Below are positions 35,342-44,760 of a DNA stretch of 47,245 nucleotides, in pieces (position 1 is the first letter of the stretch; each line of letters starts with the position of its first letter). Origin of the DNA: a virus (Duplodnaviria; Caudoviricetes); IMG/VR virus record IMGVR_UViG_3300031965_000051, positions 1-47,245 of that record. One strand, given 5' to 3'. The position numbers were made by a program, and so were the translations under genes. The notes below the pieces were generated by a model. That model saw only the letters and a list, made by a program, of their open reading frames with translations. It was not told the DNA's origin and did no database searches.

Positions 35342-35902
35342 ATGTTCTTGTGGTCGACCGACGTCTTGAGCGACGTGCTGGGCCCCGACGGGCTGCTGGC
35401 GTCGAAACGCAACCACGCGAAGCTGATGCGCGAGGGCTTTCGGCACGTGCTCCTCTGGCACTGGAAGCAGCACATGGCCTTCCACTTCCAGTCGGCGGCC
35501 TTCGCCCGCTACGGGGCGGTCTTCAAGCCCCGCGACCCGGACTACGTGGCCCATCGCACGAAGAGCGGCAAGTACCGGCGCGGGCCGAAGCCGAAGCCGC
35601 CCAACGTCAAGTCGGGCGACCTGAAGCGGAAGATCCTCGGCACCGAGCCGAAGATCACGGCGACCCAGTCTCGGGCGCAGATGACCATGCGTCCCGACTT
35701 CGCCAAGAGCGGCCGGTTCCGTTTCGGGGCCCCGACCACGTTCAAGCAGGCGGCAGCCCGTCGGCGGGCGATCGAGCGGATCGCCGAGCTGGAGGTGATC
35801 AGCCCCGAGGAAGACCGGGCGATGCGCGCCGAGTTCAAGGCCGAATACCTTCGGCGCCTCGCCGCCGACGGCGGCAAGCTCCGCCGAGTGAGGAAGCGGT
35901 AA
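35342..35902 (+). CDS. Basic neck/virion morphogenesis-like protein
   Basis: Arg/Lys-rich; Y...R.K...PNVKSGDL.R pattern. Confidence 0.55.
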   Translation: MFLWSTDVLSDVLGPDGLLASKRNHAKLMREGFRHVLLWHWKQHMAFHFQSAAFARYGAVFKPRDPDYVAHRTKSGKYRRGPKPKPPNVKSGDLKRKILGTEPKITATQSRAQMTMRPDFAKSGRFRFGAPTTFKQAAARRRAIERIAELEVISPEEDRAMRAEFKAEYLRRLAADGGKLRRVRKR

Positions 35903-36044
35903 TCGCGATGCAGATTGACCTCGACAAAGCCTTTGACCTTCAGGCGGTCCGCGACGCGGCGAAACCTGGCGAGGTGATTCTGAAAGAGTTGTCCATCGAA
36001 TCGGACAAGCTGACAGAACTTTCCTTCCCATGGGAGATTGGAAA

Positions 36045-36320
36045 ATGTCAGTACGAGCGAAGTTCAAGGTACGGCTTATCGAGCGGTCAACTTATAGCCG
36101 TTCCAAAAAAGACGGCGACGGAGTTGATCGGCTTGTTGATTACGAGATGCAGACCATCGTGTTGTCGCCGGTCTACAGCAACGATCCAAGTTCTGAGAAT
36201 CGGGCATTCTGGAACGCGACACCGAGTGGGGAGATTAAACTGGGCACCATCAACATGGAAGCGGCGAAGCATTTTGAGCTTGGCCGCGAATACTACATTG
36301 ACTTCACGCCCGCTCTTTGA
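36045..36320 (+). CDS. Conserved small phage protein (VRAKF...NRAFWNATPSGEI...YYIDFTPA)
   Basis: Recognisable widespread small-protein motif; GGGAG SD; lower GC. Confidence 0.75.
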   Translation: MSVRAKFKVRLIERSTYSRSKKDGDGVDRLVDYEMQTIVLSPVYSNDPSSENRAFWNATPSGEIKLGTINMEAAKHFELGREYYIDFTPAL

Positions 36321-36350
36321 GTCGGACGGACTGACGGAACTGAGTTTCCC

Positions 36351-36545
36351 ATGATCGTTGATCTGGATAAGCAATTCGACCTCCAAGCGATCCGCGACGC
36401 GGCGGACCAGGTGAGTGCATTGATCGACGCGATGCTGCCTGTGTGGTCGAAGCTCGACGGCAATTCACGTGGCACGTTGAAGCGGGAGTCGCCGACGTTC
36501 CGCGACCACTTGTTGCCGTTGCGGGATCGGCTAAGAGAACTCTGA
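36351..36545 (+). CDS. Small helical hypothetical protein
   Basis: N-terminus paralogous to the ORF starting at 35908. Confidence 0.5.
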   Translation: MIVDLDKQFDLQAIRDAADQVSALIDAMLPVWSKLDGNSRGTLKRESPTFRDHLLPLRDRLREL

Positions 36546-36559
36546 CGGAAAGGGTGAAC

Positions 36560-37024
36560 ATGACTGATCGACGTGGATTCCTGGCGGCGGTGGCCTCGAT
36601 TGCCGCTGGCCTCGCGACCTATTTGTTTCCAAGCAAGCGCGCCGAGGCGAAGGGCGACGATCTCCCAGACAGGTCCATATTTTCTCACGTGATTCAAGAC
36701 ACGGTGTACGCAAACGAAACCGTTGTCTTTGAGCCAAACACGCTGGTTATCGGCTGTACGTTTCTGCGATGCGGGGTCGTAACTGGCAAGGGCTGCGGTG
36801 CCGTGAACTGCCTGTTTGTGGATTGCGAGGAGTGGTGCGGCGGCGAAGGCTTTGCCCTCGCCATTGGCAATCATATTCACGTGGGCGTGCCCTCGGTGTT
36901 CGGCCGAAAAAGAGAAGACGCTGTTGTTCCCGACCACGTGGAGTGGAGATCGGTTCCGATTTGGGAGGAAGCGAATGCGAATCTACCGCCGTTGACCATT
37001 CGAGGCTACACGATGGATTCGTAA
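36560..37024 (+). CDS. Twin-arginine (Tat) signal protein, Cys-containing
   Basis: MTDRRGFLAAVASIAAGLA...AEA. Confidence 0.65.
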   Translation: MTDRRGFLAAVASIAAGLATYLFPSKRAEAKGDDLPDRSIFSHVIQDTVYANETVVFEPNTLVIGCTFLRCGVVTGKGCGAVNCLFVDCEEWCGGEGFALAIGNHIHVGVPSVFGRKREDAVVPDHVEWRSVPIWEEANANLPPLTIRGYTMDS

Positions 37025-37112
37025 CTAGAGGGGCCGGCGGGTATCCGCCGGCAAACTGACGGCACAGGCGACTAGCTATCGCCGAGGTGCCTACCACCAC
37101 CGCAGCCGTGTA

Positions 37113-37145
37113 GGGGCTGGCGAGTTCGCTCGTCGGCCCCTTTTT
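37113..37145 (+). terminator. Intrinsic terminator
   Basis: GGGGCTGGCGAG-TTCG-CTCGTCGGCCCC followed by TTTTT. Confidence 0.75.
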
Positions 37146-37162
37146 GTTTGCGCGAGCTAGAC

Positions 37163-37408
37163 ATGGCAAAGACCGTCGAAAAAATCCTGTTCGACACGTT
37201 CACCCTGACGGTGGACGGCAGCACCGTATCGAACGATGCCGAGGTTGGTCGCGTGATTCGTGCCACGCCCAAGACGGGCGGTGCGGAGTACGTCCGGCTC
37301 CAGTTCGAGTCGGGTGAGTCTTACAAGTGGGACGGTGTCTCTGAAACCTACAGCAAAGACGTGGTTGCCGATGATCCAAACGCGGAAGTCCGCTGGGTGA
37401 AGGAATGA
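37163..37408 (+). CDS. Small beta-rich hypothetical protein
   Basis: ATGA-coupled to the next gene. Confidence 0.6.
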   Translation: MAKTVEKILFDTFTLTVDGSTVSNDAEVGRVIRATPKTGGAEYVRLQFESGESYKWDGVSETYSKDVVADDPNAEVRWVKE

Positions 37409-38469
37409 CTTCCTGGTACGTGAGAGCTACGAACGGCAGCGACGCGGGCGCGGGTACTTCGCACGCTGATGCTTTCCAAACGATCCAAAAAGCGATAGAT
37501 GACTCGGCGGGCGGCGACCAGATCAACCTGAACGATGAAGCGGCGTTTGTGCTTGCCGCTGAGCTGAATTGGACTGGATTCGGCGTGGGGACCAGCCAAG
37601 ACGCTCCGCTGATCATTCGCGGCTACACGGCGGTTGAAAACGACGGCGGCATCGGAGACATCGACGGTAACGACGCAATCGCGACGATCTTCGCGGCTAC
37701 TTCTAAACCAGGATTCGTCACCCTTGGCGACCTGAAGCTGCACAGCACAACAGGGGTTACTGTTGTGGGGCTACTGACTTGGCACATGCTCAATTGCGAA
37801 GTTCTGGATGGAAGCGGCGCCAGACTGGTTCAGACTTTTAAGAACGTGATCGGGTGCCACGTTCACGACGACGGCGGCACGAGTGTGGACGGTGTATATA
37901 CCGGTGGTGGCAACATAATCGGAAACACGATTCACGGCATGAGCGGAAAGACGATTGAAGGAATTGCATCCAGTGTTATTGGCAACCTTTGTTACGACAT
38001 CGACGAAAGCGGCTACGATCTCCCCGGCGATTACGGTTTAGTTCTCTGGAATACGTTCGACGGCAAAAGTATTTCAGGTGTCCACGGCATTGACCTCTCG
38101 TTCAGCAACTCCGAGAGCATCACTATCCTCGGCAACCTCATCACGAACTGGGGCACGGGTGGCAGTGGCGGCGCGATTCGTTGGGTCGCTGGTACAAACA
38201 CTCTGCTGATAGGTCACAACCACTTTTTCAACAACTCCGAGGGCAACAAGATCGGCGAAGTGACGCTCGGTCTCGATCTCGGCAACGATGCGACGGCTGA
38301 CCCGGAATACGTAAACGCCGCCGCAGGTGACTACACGCCTGGCGCGCCCGCACAGGGTTGGCCCTTCGTGATGCCAGGCGGCTTGGTGACAAACTACGGC
38401 GCCATCGGGGCGATTCAACCTGCCAACGCGGGCGGCGGCGCCAAGACTCTTTTGCGGGGGGTCGCTTAG
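37405..38469 (+). CDS. Right-handed beta-helix (pectin-lyase-like) virion protein
   Basis: YVRAT.GSD...GTS...AFQTIQKA.D N-terminus, Asn-ladder repeats, DPEYVNAAAGDY, IGAIQ. Confidence 0.75.
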   Translation: MTSWYVRATNGSDAGAGTSHADAFQTIQKAIDDSAGGDQINLNDEAAFVLAAELNWTGFGVGTSQDAPLIIRGYTAVENDGGIGDIDGNDAIATIFAATSKPGFVTLGDLKLHSTTGVTVVGLLTWHMLNCEVLDGSGARLVQTFKNVIGCHVHDDGGTSVDGVYTGGGNIIGNTIHGMSGKTIEGIASSVIGNLCYDIDESGYDLPGDYGLVLWNTFDGKSISGVHGIDLSFSNSESITILGNLITNWGTGGSGGAIRWVAGTNTLLIGHNHFFNNSEGNKIGEVTLGLDLGNDATADPEYVNAAAGDYTPGAPAQGWPFVMPGGLVTNYGAIGAIQPANAGGGAKTLLRGVA

Positions 38470-39063
38470 ATGGCGGCCTTCCTCCGCAAATACGGCGTCG
38501 CCACCACGATCACGATCCCGATGGTCGTCGTCGGCTCGAACAGGTTTGCCGCCTCGGCCGATTGGACGCCGGCCACCGGCGACGTGAAGCTCACGAAGGA
38601 CGAGGCCGACGTCGCCAATATCACGACCTTGCCGACGGCGATCGGCGGCACGGGATCGGTGTTGTGGACGTTCGCGCTTTCCGCCGCCGAGTTGCAGGCC
38701 GGCCGGATCACGGGGCAAGTGGTCGACGCGGCCGCCAAGGCGGTCGAGGACCAGGCGTTCATCGTCGAAACCTACGGCAACCCGAGCGCCCAGCACAACC
38801 TCGAAGACATGGCCGTCACGGTTTTCCGAGGGACCGTCGACGACGCCAACCACACGCCGACGACGACCGAGTTCGAGGCCGACGACGTCACCGAGGCAAA
38901 CGCCGATCAGTTCGTCGGCCGCGTGGTCCTCTGGCGGACGGGCGTTTTGACGGGCCAGCAGGCGGAGATTACCGATTACAGCCTCGTCACCGGCCGGGGC
39001 CATTTTACGGTCGCCGCGATGACCGACGCGCCGGCCGACGGCGACACGTTCCACATCGTCTGA
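38470..39063 (+). CDS. Virion structural protein
   Basis: Thr/Ala/Asp-rich; ends TDAPADGDTFHIV. Confidence 0.65.
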   Translation: MAAFLRKYGVATTITIPMVVVGSNRFAASADWTPATGDVKLTKDEADVANITTLPTAIGGTGSVLWTFALSAAELQAGRITGQVVDAAAKAVEDQAFIVETYGNPSAQHNLEDMAVTVFRGTVDDANHTPTTTEFEADDVTEANADQFVGRVVLWRTGVLTGQQAEITDYSLVTGRGHFTVAAMTDAPADGDTFHIV

Positions 39064-39070
39064 GGTAGCC

Positions 39071-39619
39071 GTGGCCAACGTCACCGCCCTGACCGCGCTG
39101 GGGATCCCGGGCAAGACCCGCCTGGCGGCCGCGGCGGGTGGAATCACGATCGAGCCCTCGCCGCTCGTCGCCGAGGCGACGCCGGTCACGGCTCAGATCA
39201 ACCTCGGGACGGCGATCGCGCCCGAGGCGCTCGCGAGCGAGGCGACGCTGATCGCACCGATCGCCAGCGCGGGTCAGGCCGCCGTGGTCGCGCCCCTGAC
39301 GAGCGCCGCCACGCTGGTCGCGCCCCTGGCGAGCGTCGGCGAATCGCTGCTGGTCGGTCCGCTCGTGAGCGTGGTGACCGTGATCGCGCCGGCCGTCACG
39401 GGCAGTGTGGAGATCGGGCTTTCTCCCCTCTTGGTGGAAGCGACATTGGTCGCGGTCGGCGTGAGCGTCGGCCTCGCGATCGCGCCGGCGCCCCTGGGGG
39501 TCGAAGCCGCGTTTGCGGTGATCGTCGTCGATCTGGGATCGGTCGCGGGCGACGTGCTCGGCATGGTGCGTGCCCTGCCGGCGGTCGCCGGCCGTGTGCA
39601 AGTGAACCCTATCACGTGA
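39071..39619 (+). CDS. Ala/Val/Pro repeat fibre-like protein
   Basis: About 21-aa repeats P(L)xxEATL(I/V)AP. Confidence 0.6.
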   Translation: MANVTALTALGIPGKTRLAAAAGGITIEPSPLVAEATPVTAQINLGTAIAPEALASEATLIAPIASAGQAAVVAPLTSAATLVAPLASVGESLLVGPLVSVVTVIAPAVTGSVEIGLSPLLVEATLVAVGVSVGLAIAPAPLGVEAAFAVIVVDLGSVAGDVLGMVRALPAVAGRVQVNPIT

Positions 39620-41613
39620 TGATCGACATGGCTTTCGATTTCCAACGCGGCGGACCGGTGACCTACGACACCGAAGGTGGGCGCGGCCAAGCCGGCTACC
39701 CGGTCGCGCTCGACCTGAGCGGTGCCAATTGGCCCGTCGGCGTCAAGGCGGGCGGCGCCGACTTTCGGCTGTTCACCGACTCGAGCCTGGCGACGCCGCT
39801 GCCCTACGCGATCCTCCGCGGCGAATGGGACGACGACGACGAGCTCGCCCGCGTGTGGGTGTTGCGCGACGTGCCCGACGCCGACCTGGACACCCTGTTC
39901 GCCGCCTGGGGCAACCCGGCCCTCGAGGACGCCAGCGACCCGGCGGCGGTCTTCACGTTTTGGGAGGGATTCGCCAACACGGCGACGGCGGTTGCGGCCG
40001 CGGGCACCGACAGCGGACATACGAGCGGGTTCGATCCCGTCTCGCGACGGGTTTACACGTTCGGGTTCGACGACGGCAACGGCGTTTGGCTCAACATCGT
40101 TCAATGGCGCAACATCGACACGGGCGAAGTCGGGTTCGTGTTCCCCGGCATGAACACACTGGTCAACACGCCGGGTCTCGTCTACAACCCGGCGACGAAA
40201 CTGTTCTATTTTTACGGTGGACGGATCACCGTCAGCAGTTTCAGTACGGCGATTCAGACGTTCAATCCGGCAACGGGTGCTTTCACAACGTTGGCTGCAA
40301 CGATCCCCACGGCGATGCACGCCGTTGCCGTCGCCTACGATCCTGTCTCGGGGGACCACTTCGGCTTCGGCGGACGGACCAGCTCGGCGCCGACGTTCAC
40401 CGACATGATCTGGCGGCACAACGTTTCCGCAGGGACCATCGCCGACACCGGCGCCAACCTGCCTGTGGCGATGATGGAGATCGCGGCCATCTACGTGACC
40501 GAGAACCAACGCATCTACCTGGCGGGCGGCGGCAATCAGACGATCAGCCAGACGCGGATCGACGTGTACGACCCGGCGACGCCCGCGAGCGACCCGGTCC
40601 CGAGCGCCGTCGTGCTTTCGGAGCCGAAGGACTCGATGGCCGCCGCCCACGTCGAGCGGAACGGGGCCAGCTCGATCCGCTTCTTCGGCGGTTACAACTG
40701 GGCGACGTCAGGCTATACGGCCGCGATTGAGAAGCTCACGGTCGCCGGCGGAAGCGAGACGATCGCGACGCTCGCCGCGACCTTGGTCAAGGCCGACGAC
40801 GACGCGATCGCGTTCGACGATCCGCTCACGCAGGTCGTGCAGACCGGCCCCTGGCTGCACGACGACGCCGAACAAAACGAGGCCCAGCGAAAGATCGTTT
40901 GGCACACCTTCGATCCGGCGACGGATCTCTTGAGCGCCGAGCCGGACCTGCCCGGCGTGCCAACGGGTTGGTCGAGCGTCGGCAACGACACGCTGCCCGT
41001 GAATCCCTATGCGGCGGACCCGCGCGCGATCGCCGGCGACACGATGGTTTTGGCCGACATCAGCGGCACGTTTTTCGTCCGCGCGCAGAAGTCGCTCGCC
41101 GCTCAGACCGGCGTTTTCGTGATCGAGTTTCAGTGCTCGATCCCCTTCACGGCGGCGAGCGCGAACAACTACCAGTTCCATTTGCGGGACTCGGGGCAGC
41201 CCGACAGCGACGTGGTGATCCATCTTCGCACGAACCAGACGGCCGGTTGGCGGATCTGGAACGGCAGCACGTATACGGCGATTGCGGCCATCCCGAACGG
41301 ATCCTGGCATTGGGTCGGCGCCTTGATCGACCGGACCGCCGAGCAGGCTTGGGGCTATGTCGACCGCGCGAACAAGACGGGTCCGGTTTGGGGAGCGACG
41401 GGACGGACGCTGAATGAGATTTGGCTCAATAGTTCGGGGGCGGGTCGCGAGCACTTCCTGGTTCGCAATCTCTTGATACGCCGATCAACTACCGGCACCG
41501 AGCCGGTCGCGAGCCTGGGCCAGCAGGTAGAGCTTGCCGGCCGGGTATTGGGCGATTTTCGCACGAAGCCGGCGGTGTCTGGACGAGTGCACGTGCGGCC
41601 CTTCGCCGCGTAA
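39616..41613 (+). CDS. Adhesin-like virion protein: DUF2341-like, Kelch-like propeller and lectin-like domains
   Basis: GADFRLF...LPY...ARVWV...AWGNP; repeated GG/YDP Kelch-like units; WHWV beta-sandwich. Confidence 0.7.
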   Translation: MMIDMAFDFQRGGPVTYDTEGGRGQAGYPVALDLSGANWPVGVKAGGADFRLFTDSSLATPLPYAILRGEWDDDDELARVWVLRDVPDADLDTLFAAWGNPALEDASDPAAVFTFWEGFANTATAVAAAGTDSGHTSGFDPVSRRVYTFGFDDGNGVWLNIVQWRNIDTGEVGFVFPGMNTLVNTPGLVYNPATKLFYFYGGRITVSSFSTAIQTFNPATGAFTTLAATIPTAMHAVAVAYDPVSGDHFGFGGRTSSAPTFTDMIWRHNVSAGTIADTGANLPVAMMEIAAIYVTENQRIYLAGGGNQTISQTRIDVYDPATPASDPVPSAVVLSEPKDSMAAAHVERNGASSIRFFGGYNWATSGYTAAIEKLTVAGGSETIATLAATLVKADDDAIAFDDPLTQVVQTGPWLHDDAEQNEAQRKIVWHTFDPATDLLSAEPDLPGVPTGWSSVGNDTLPVNPYAADPRAIAGDTMVLADISGTFFVRAQKSLAAQTGVFVIEFQCSIPFTAASANNYQFHLRDSGQPDSDVVIHLRTNQTAGWRIWNGSTYTAIAAIPNGSWHWVGALIDRTAEQAWGYVDRANKTGPVWGATGRTLNEIWLNSSGAGREHFLVRNLLIRRSTTGTEPVASLGQQVELAGRVLGDFRTKPAVSGRVHVRPFAA

Positions 41614-41628
41614 CACGAGGGCTTCGAC

Positions 41629-41949
41629 TTGGCCAGGCAGCTCTTATACGTCGATTGCGACAACCTGTTGCGCTACGACCGCGCCCGCAACTCCAGCGAC
41701 GGCGAGTATCTGAACGCCGCCACGGTGATGGCGGCGCTGTTGGACGCCGACGGCGATCCGGTCGCCGGCGCCGAGTCGATCACGCTCTCGAAGGTCGCCG
41801 GCGTCGATGGCCGCTACGAGGGGGTGATCCTCTCGACGGTGGCGCTCGTCGCGGGCGCCCTGTACACGATTGAGATCACCCTCGTCGAGGGTGTGCTCGA
41901 CGACTTTCGCTCGATCCCGGCGATCGCGCTGGAGCGCGGCACCGGCTGA
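41629..41949 (+). CDS. Small Ig-like virion protein
   Basis: YLNAATV...G.YEG...G..YTIEIT; TTG start. Confidence 0.6.
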   Translation: MARQLLYVDCDNLLRYDRARNSSDGEYLNAATVMAALLDADGDPVAGAESITLSKVAGVDGRYEGVILSTVALVAGALYTIEITLVEGVLDDFRSIPAIALERGTG

Positions 41950-41986
41950 AGAACAACTCTGGCCCCGGACAAGGAGGTCCCACGCG

Positions 41987-42448
41987 ATGGCCAACGTCAT
42001 TTACACGACCTTTCTCCAGAAACTGGCCAACGGCGGCATCGACTTCGACGACGGAGCCGTCGTCGTTCGCGCCGCGCTGGAGCGCTCGACGAGCACGTAT
42101 TCGGCCAACAAAGACCACGAGTTCATGGACGACCTCACTTCCTTCGTCGAGTGCACGGTCGCCAGCTATGCGCGGCAGACCGTCGCCAACAAGGCGGTGA
42201 ATCTCGACACCTCGAACGACCGCATCGAGCTCATCTTCGACGACGTGGCGTTCGGCACCCTGGAGTCGGGCCAGACCGTGAAGGGGATCGTGCTGTACGT
42301 ACAGACGGGCGGAAACGACGCCTCGCCGGAAGATGACTCTTTGATCTGTTACATCGACACGGCGACCAATCTTCCTGCGGTATTGGCAGACGGCCCGTTC
42401 ACGGTGGTGATCAATGCCGAGGGCCTGATTCAGATCGCCCAGGCGTAG
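41987..42448 (+). CDS. Virion structural protein (MANVIY...IDFD...F.V.IN..G.IQI type)
   Basis: AAGGAGG SD; motif pattern common in phage minor tail proteins. Confidence 0.7.
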   Translation: MANVIYTTFLQKLANGGIDFDDGAVVVRAALERSTSTYSANKDHEFMDDLTSFVECTVASYARQTVANKAVNLDTSNDRIELIFDDVAFGTLESGQTVKGIVLYVQTGGNDASPEDDSLICYIDTATNLPAVLADGPFTVVINAEGLIQIAQA

Positions 42449-42557
42449 TCGCGTGGGGTGACGGGCGCCGGGCTACAGGCGCCCGCAGTCTGATCTCCTG
42501 AAGCCCGTAGCCCGATCGCCCGTAGCCTTTTCCCCCGACCCCCGACCACCGACCCCC

Positions 42558-44312
42558 ATGACCATCGCCATGCTCGTCCTCGTCCAACTCGCCGCCGGTG
42601 CCGACTGGCAACCGGTCGATGCTGCGCGCTTCGGCGAGTTGGCGGGCGAGCCGATCGCCGTCTGCGTCCAGGGTGTGACGCTCGAGGGATTCGCGAGCTA
42701 TGCCGTCGAACCGATCGACGACGGCTTGCGCGTCACCGGCTTCGATGCGTCGCACGCCGACGTCTGGGAGTTCCTTTCCCTGGCCCCGGACCCGCGGTTC
42801 GGCGGCGCGCTGAACACCCGGCAAAGCCGGGTCGTCTACGCGGCCGGCGAAGCCTACGACCGGATCGTGAGTTTGGGCGAGATCGAGAATTGCGTCGTCA
42901 AACAACGCGACGAGCTCGCGGTGCCCGCCGCCGAGATCACCCGTCCCGGCGTCGTATTCGAAGACCCGGCGACGGCGAGGCAGAATCGACGCGTCGCCGG
43001 CTGGCGGGAGTGGGCCGACGGACTCGATCCCTCGGAGCTCGACCGCAGTGGCCGCGTGAAGCCCCAGCGGGCCCAGGGCCGTTACGACGTGCCCGACGGG
43101 ACCCGCACCTATTACGGTCGCTCGTCGGCACGGGTGAACAACACTTATACCGCCGACCAGGAGTTGGCGCTCGAGACTGCGACCGGCTCGGCGTCGAGCG
43201 TCTCGGCCACGGTCGTCGGTCAAAACCAGGAGGTGGCCTTCGTTTTCAGCTCGCCCACGGGCGAGCCGAGCTCCGCCGCCTGGCCGACGGGGACCTATCG
43301 CGCGCAGCTCGACGTCACCGCGGCGGCCGCCGACATGACCTACGGGCTGCGCACCATCGGCTCGGCCGCCGGCTGCTTCGCCCGCGCGTCGAGCGACCTG
43401 ACCGCGAATCACGAAACCGAACCCCAGGCCGAGGCCGTCTTCTCGGGCACCGGGCTCAAACTGGCCACGACGGGCAGCGTGAGCTGGTCGGCGGGATCCG
43501 CGAGCGATCGCTTCGTCGTGGCGGTGGCCGTCGGCAACGCCTTCCAACAGCAGATCGGCCAAACTCTCACGCTGGAGGTCAACGAGTCCGACGACTTCGC
43601 CGACGGGCCCTGGCCGCTCGGGATCGAGGTCGCGCCGACGCCGATCGCGGTCGAGGCGACCGTGTTCATGCCGGAGGTGTCGATCGCGGGCATGGCGTTC
43701 CCGCCGCCGATCGCGGTCGAGGCAACATTGGTGGCACCCGCGACCACCGGCGCGCACCTGCCGCCGATCCTCGTCGAGGCGTCGCCGCTAGAAGCCGAGG
43801 CGACGCTGATCGCGCCGTCGACGTTTGGCGCCCACGTCCCTACGGTCGAGGTCGAGCTCTCACCGCTCGTCGCCGAGGCGACGCTGATCGCGCCAGCGGT
43901 CTCGGGCGCCCAGCTCGTCTACGTCGACCCGACGACCTTGCGGGCGGTCGTCGCCTTCACATTTCCGCCGCTGGTGATTCGTGGCGCCGAGGTCCCGCCG
44001 CGGCCGATCGAGGTGACGGCGACTCTGGTCGCGCCGTCGGTTTCCGTCTCGCACTTGATCTACGTCCAGCCGATCACCTTGCTCGGCCGTGCGACCCTGG
44101 TTACGCCGATCGTCTCGAACCAGGTGACCGTCTGGCTCGACCCGATCACGGTCGAGGCGGTCCTGACCGCGACCGGCGTGAACGTGCCGGCCTACGCGAC
44201 GATGTGCCTCGACATGGCGAGCCTCGACGTGGGCCAGTGGCGGTTCACCGATATTCAAACGGCGACGACCCGTCTGGAAAACTTCACGGTCGATTGCGCG
44301 GGGGAGGCGTAG
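42558..44312 (+). CDS. Composite virion protein with C-terminal P..VEATL.AP repeats
   Basis: 584 aa; repeats shared with 39071-39619. Confidence 0.65.
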   Translation: MTIAMLVLVQLAAGADWQPVDAARFGELAGEPIAVCVQGVTLEGFASYAVEPIDDGLRVTGFDASHADVWEFLSLAPDPRFGGALNTRQSRVVYAAGEAYDRIVSLGEIENCVVKQRDELAVPAAEITRPGVVFEDPATARQNRRVAGWREWADGLDPSELDRSGRVKPQRAQGRYDVPDGTRTYYGRSSARVNNTYTADQELALETATGSASSVSATVVGQNQEVAFVFSSPTGEPSSAAWPTGTYRAQLDVTAAAADMTYGLRTIGSAAGCFARASSDLTANHETEPQAEAVFSGTGLKLATTGSVSWSAGSASDRFVVAVAVGNAFQQQIGQTLTLEVNESDDFADGPWPLGIEVAPTPIAVEATVFMPEVSIAGMAFPPPIAVEATLVAPATTGAHLPPILVEASPLEAEATLIAPSTFGAHVPTVEVELSPLVAEATLIAPAVSGAQLVYVDPTTLRAVVAFTFPPLVIRGAEVPPRPIEVTATLVAPSVSVSHLIYVQPITLLGRATLVTPIVSNQVTVWLDPITVEAVLTATGVNVPAYATMCLDMASLDVGQWRFTDIQTATTRLENFTVDCAGEA

Positions 44313-44702
44313 ATGGGCGTCAGCCTGTTTTCGAGCGCGAACCTGACGTTTCTGGAGCGGACCAGCCCGCGAATCCAGGCGACGCTCTTGGACGACGACG
44401 ATCTGCCGGTCCCCGGCAGCTCGGTCACCACGCTGACGATGACCCTTTATGACGTGGTCGAGGACTCGATCATCAACGCCCGCGACGGCCAGAACATCCT
44501 GAACGCCAACGGGTGCACGCTCGACGAGGACGGCCTGTTTACCTGGCTGGTCGAACACCTCGATACGGTGATCGTCGGCGCGACCGAGCTCAACGCCCTC
44601 GAAGAGCACGTGGCGCTGATCGAAGGGACGCACACGGCGGGCTCGCGCCACTTCAAGCAAGAGATCCGCCACTTCGTCAAAAACTTGGGCAAAGTCCCGT
44701 AA
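44313..44702 (+). CDS. Small Ig-like virion protein
   Basis: Abuts the previous stop; beta-rich. Confidence 0.6.
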   Translation: MGVSLFSSANLTFLERTSPRIQATLLDDDDLPVPGSSVTTLTMTLYDVVEDSIINARDGQNILNANGCTLDEDGLFTWLVEHLDTVIVGATELNALEEHVALIEGTHTAGSRHFKQEIRHFVKNLGKVP

Positions 44703-44760
44703 ACAGGCTACGGGCGCCCGTAGCCCGTCGTCCCGGAGCCCGAAGCCTAGAGGAGCGATC

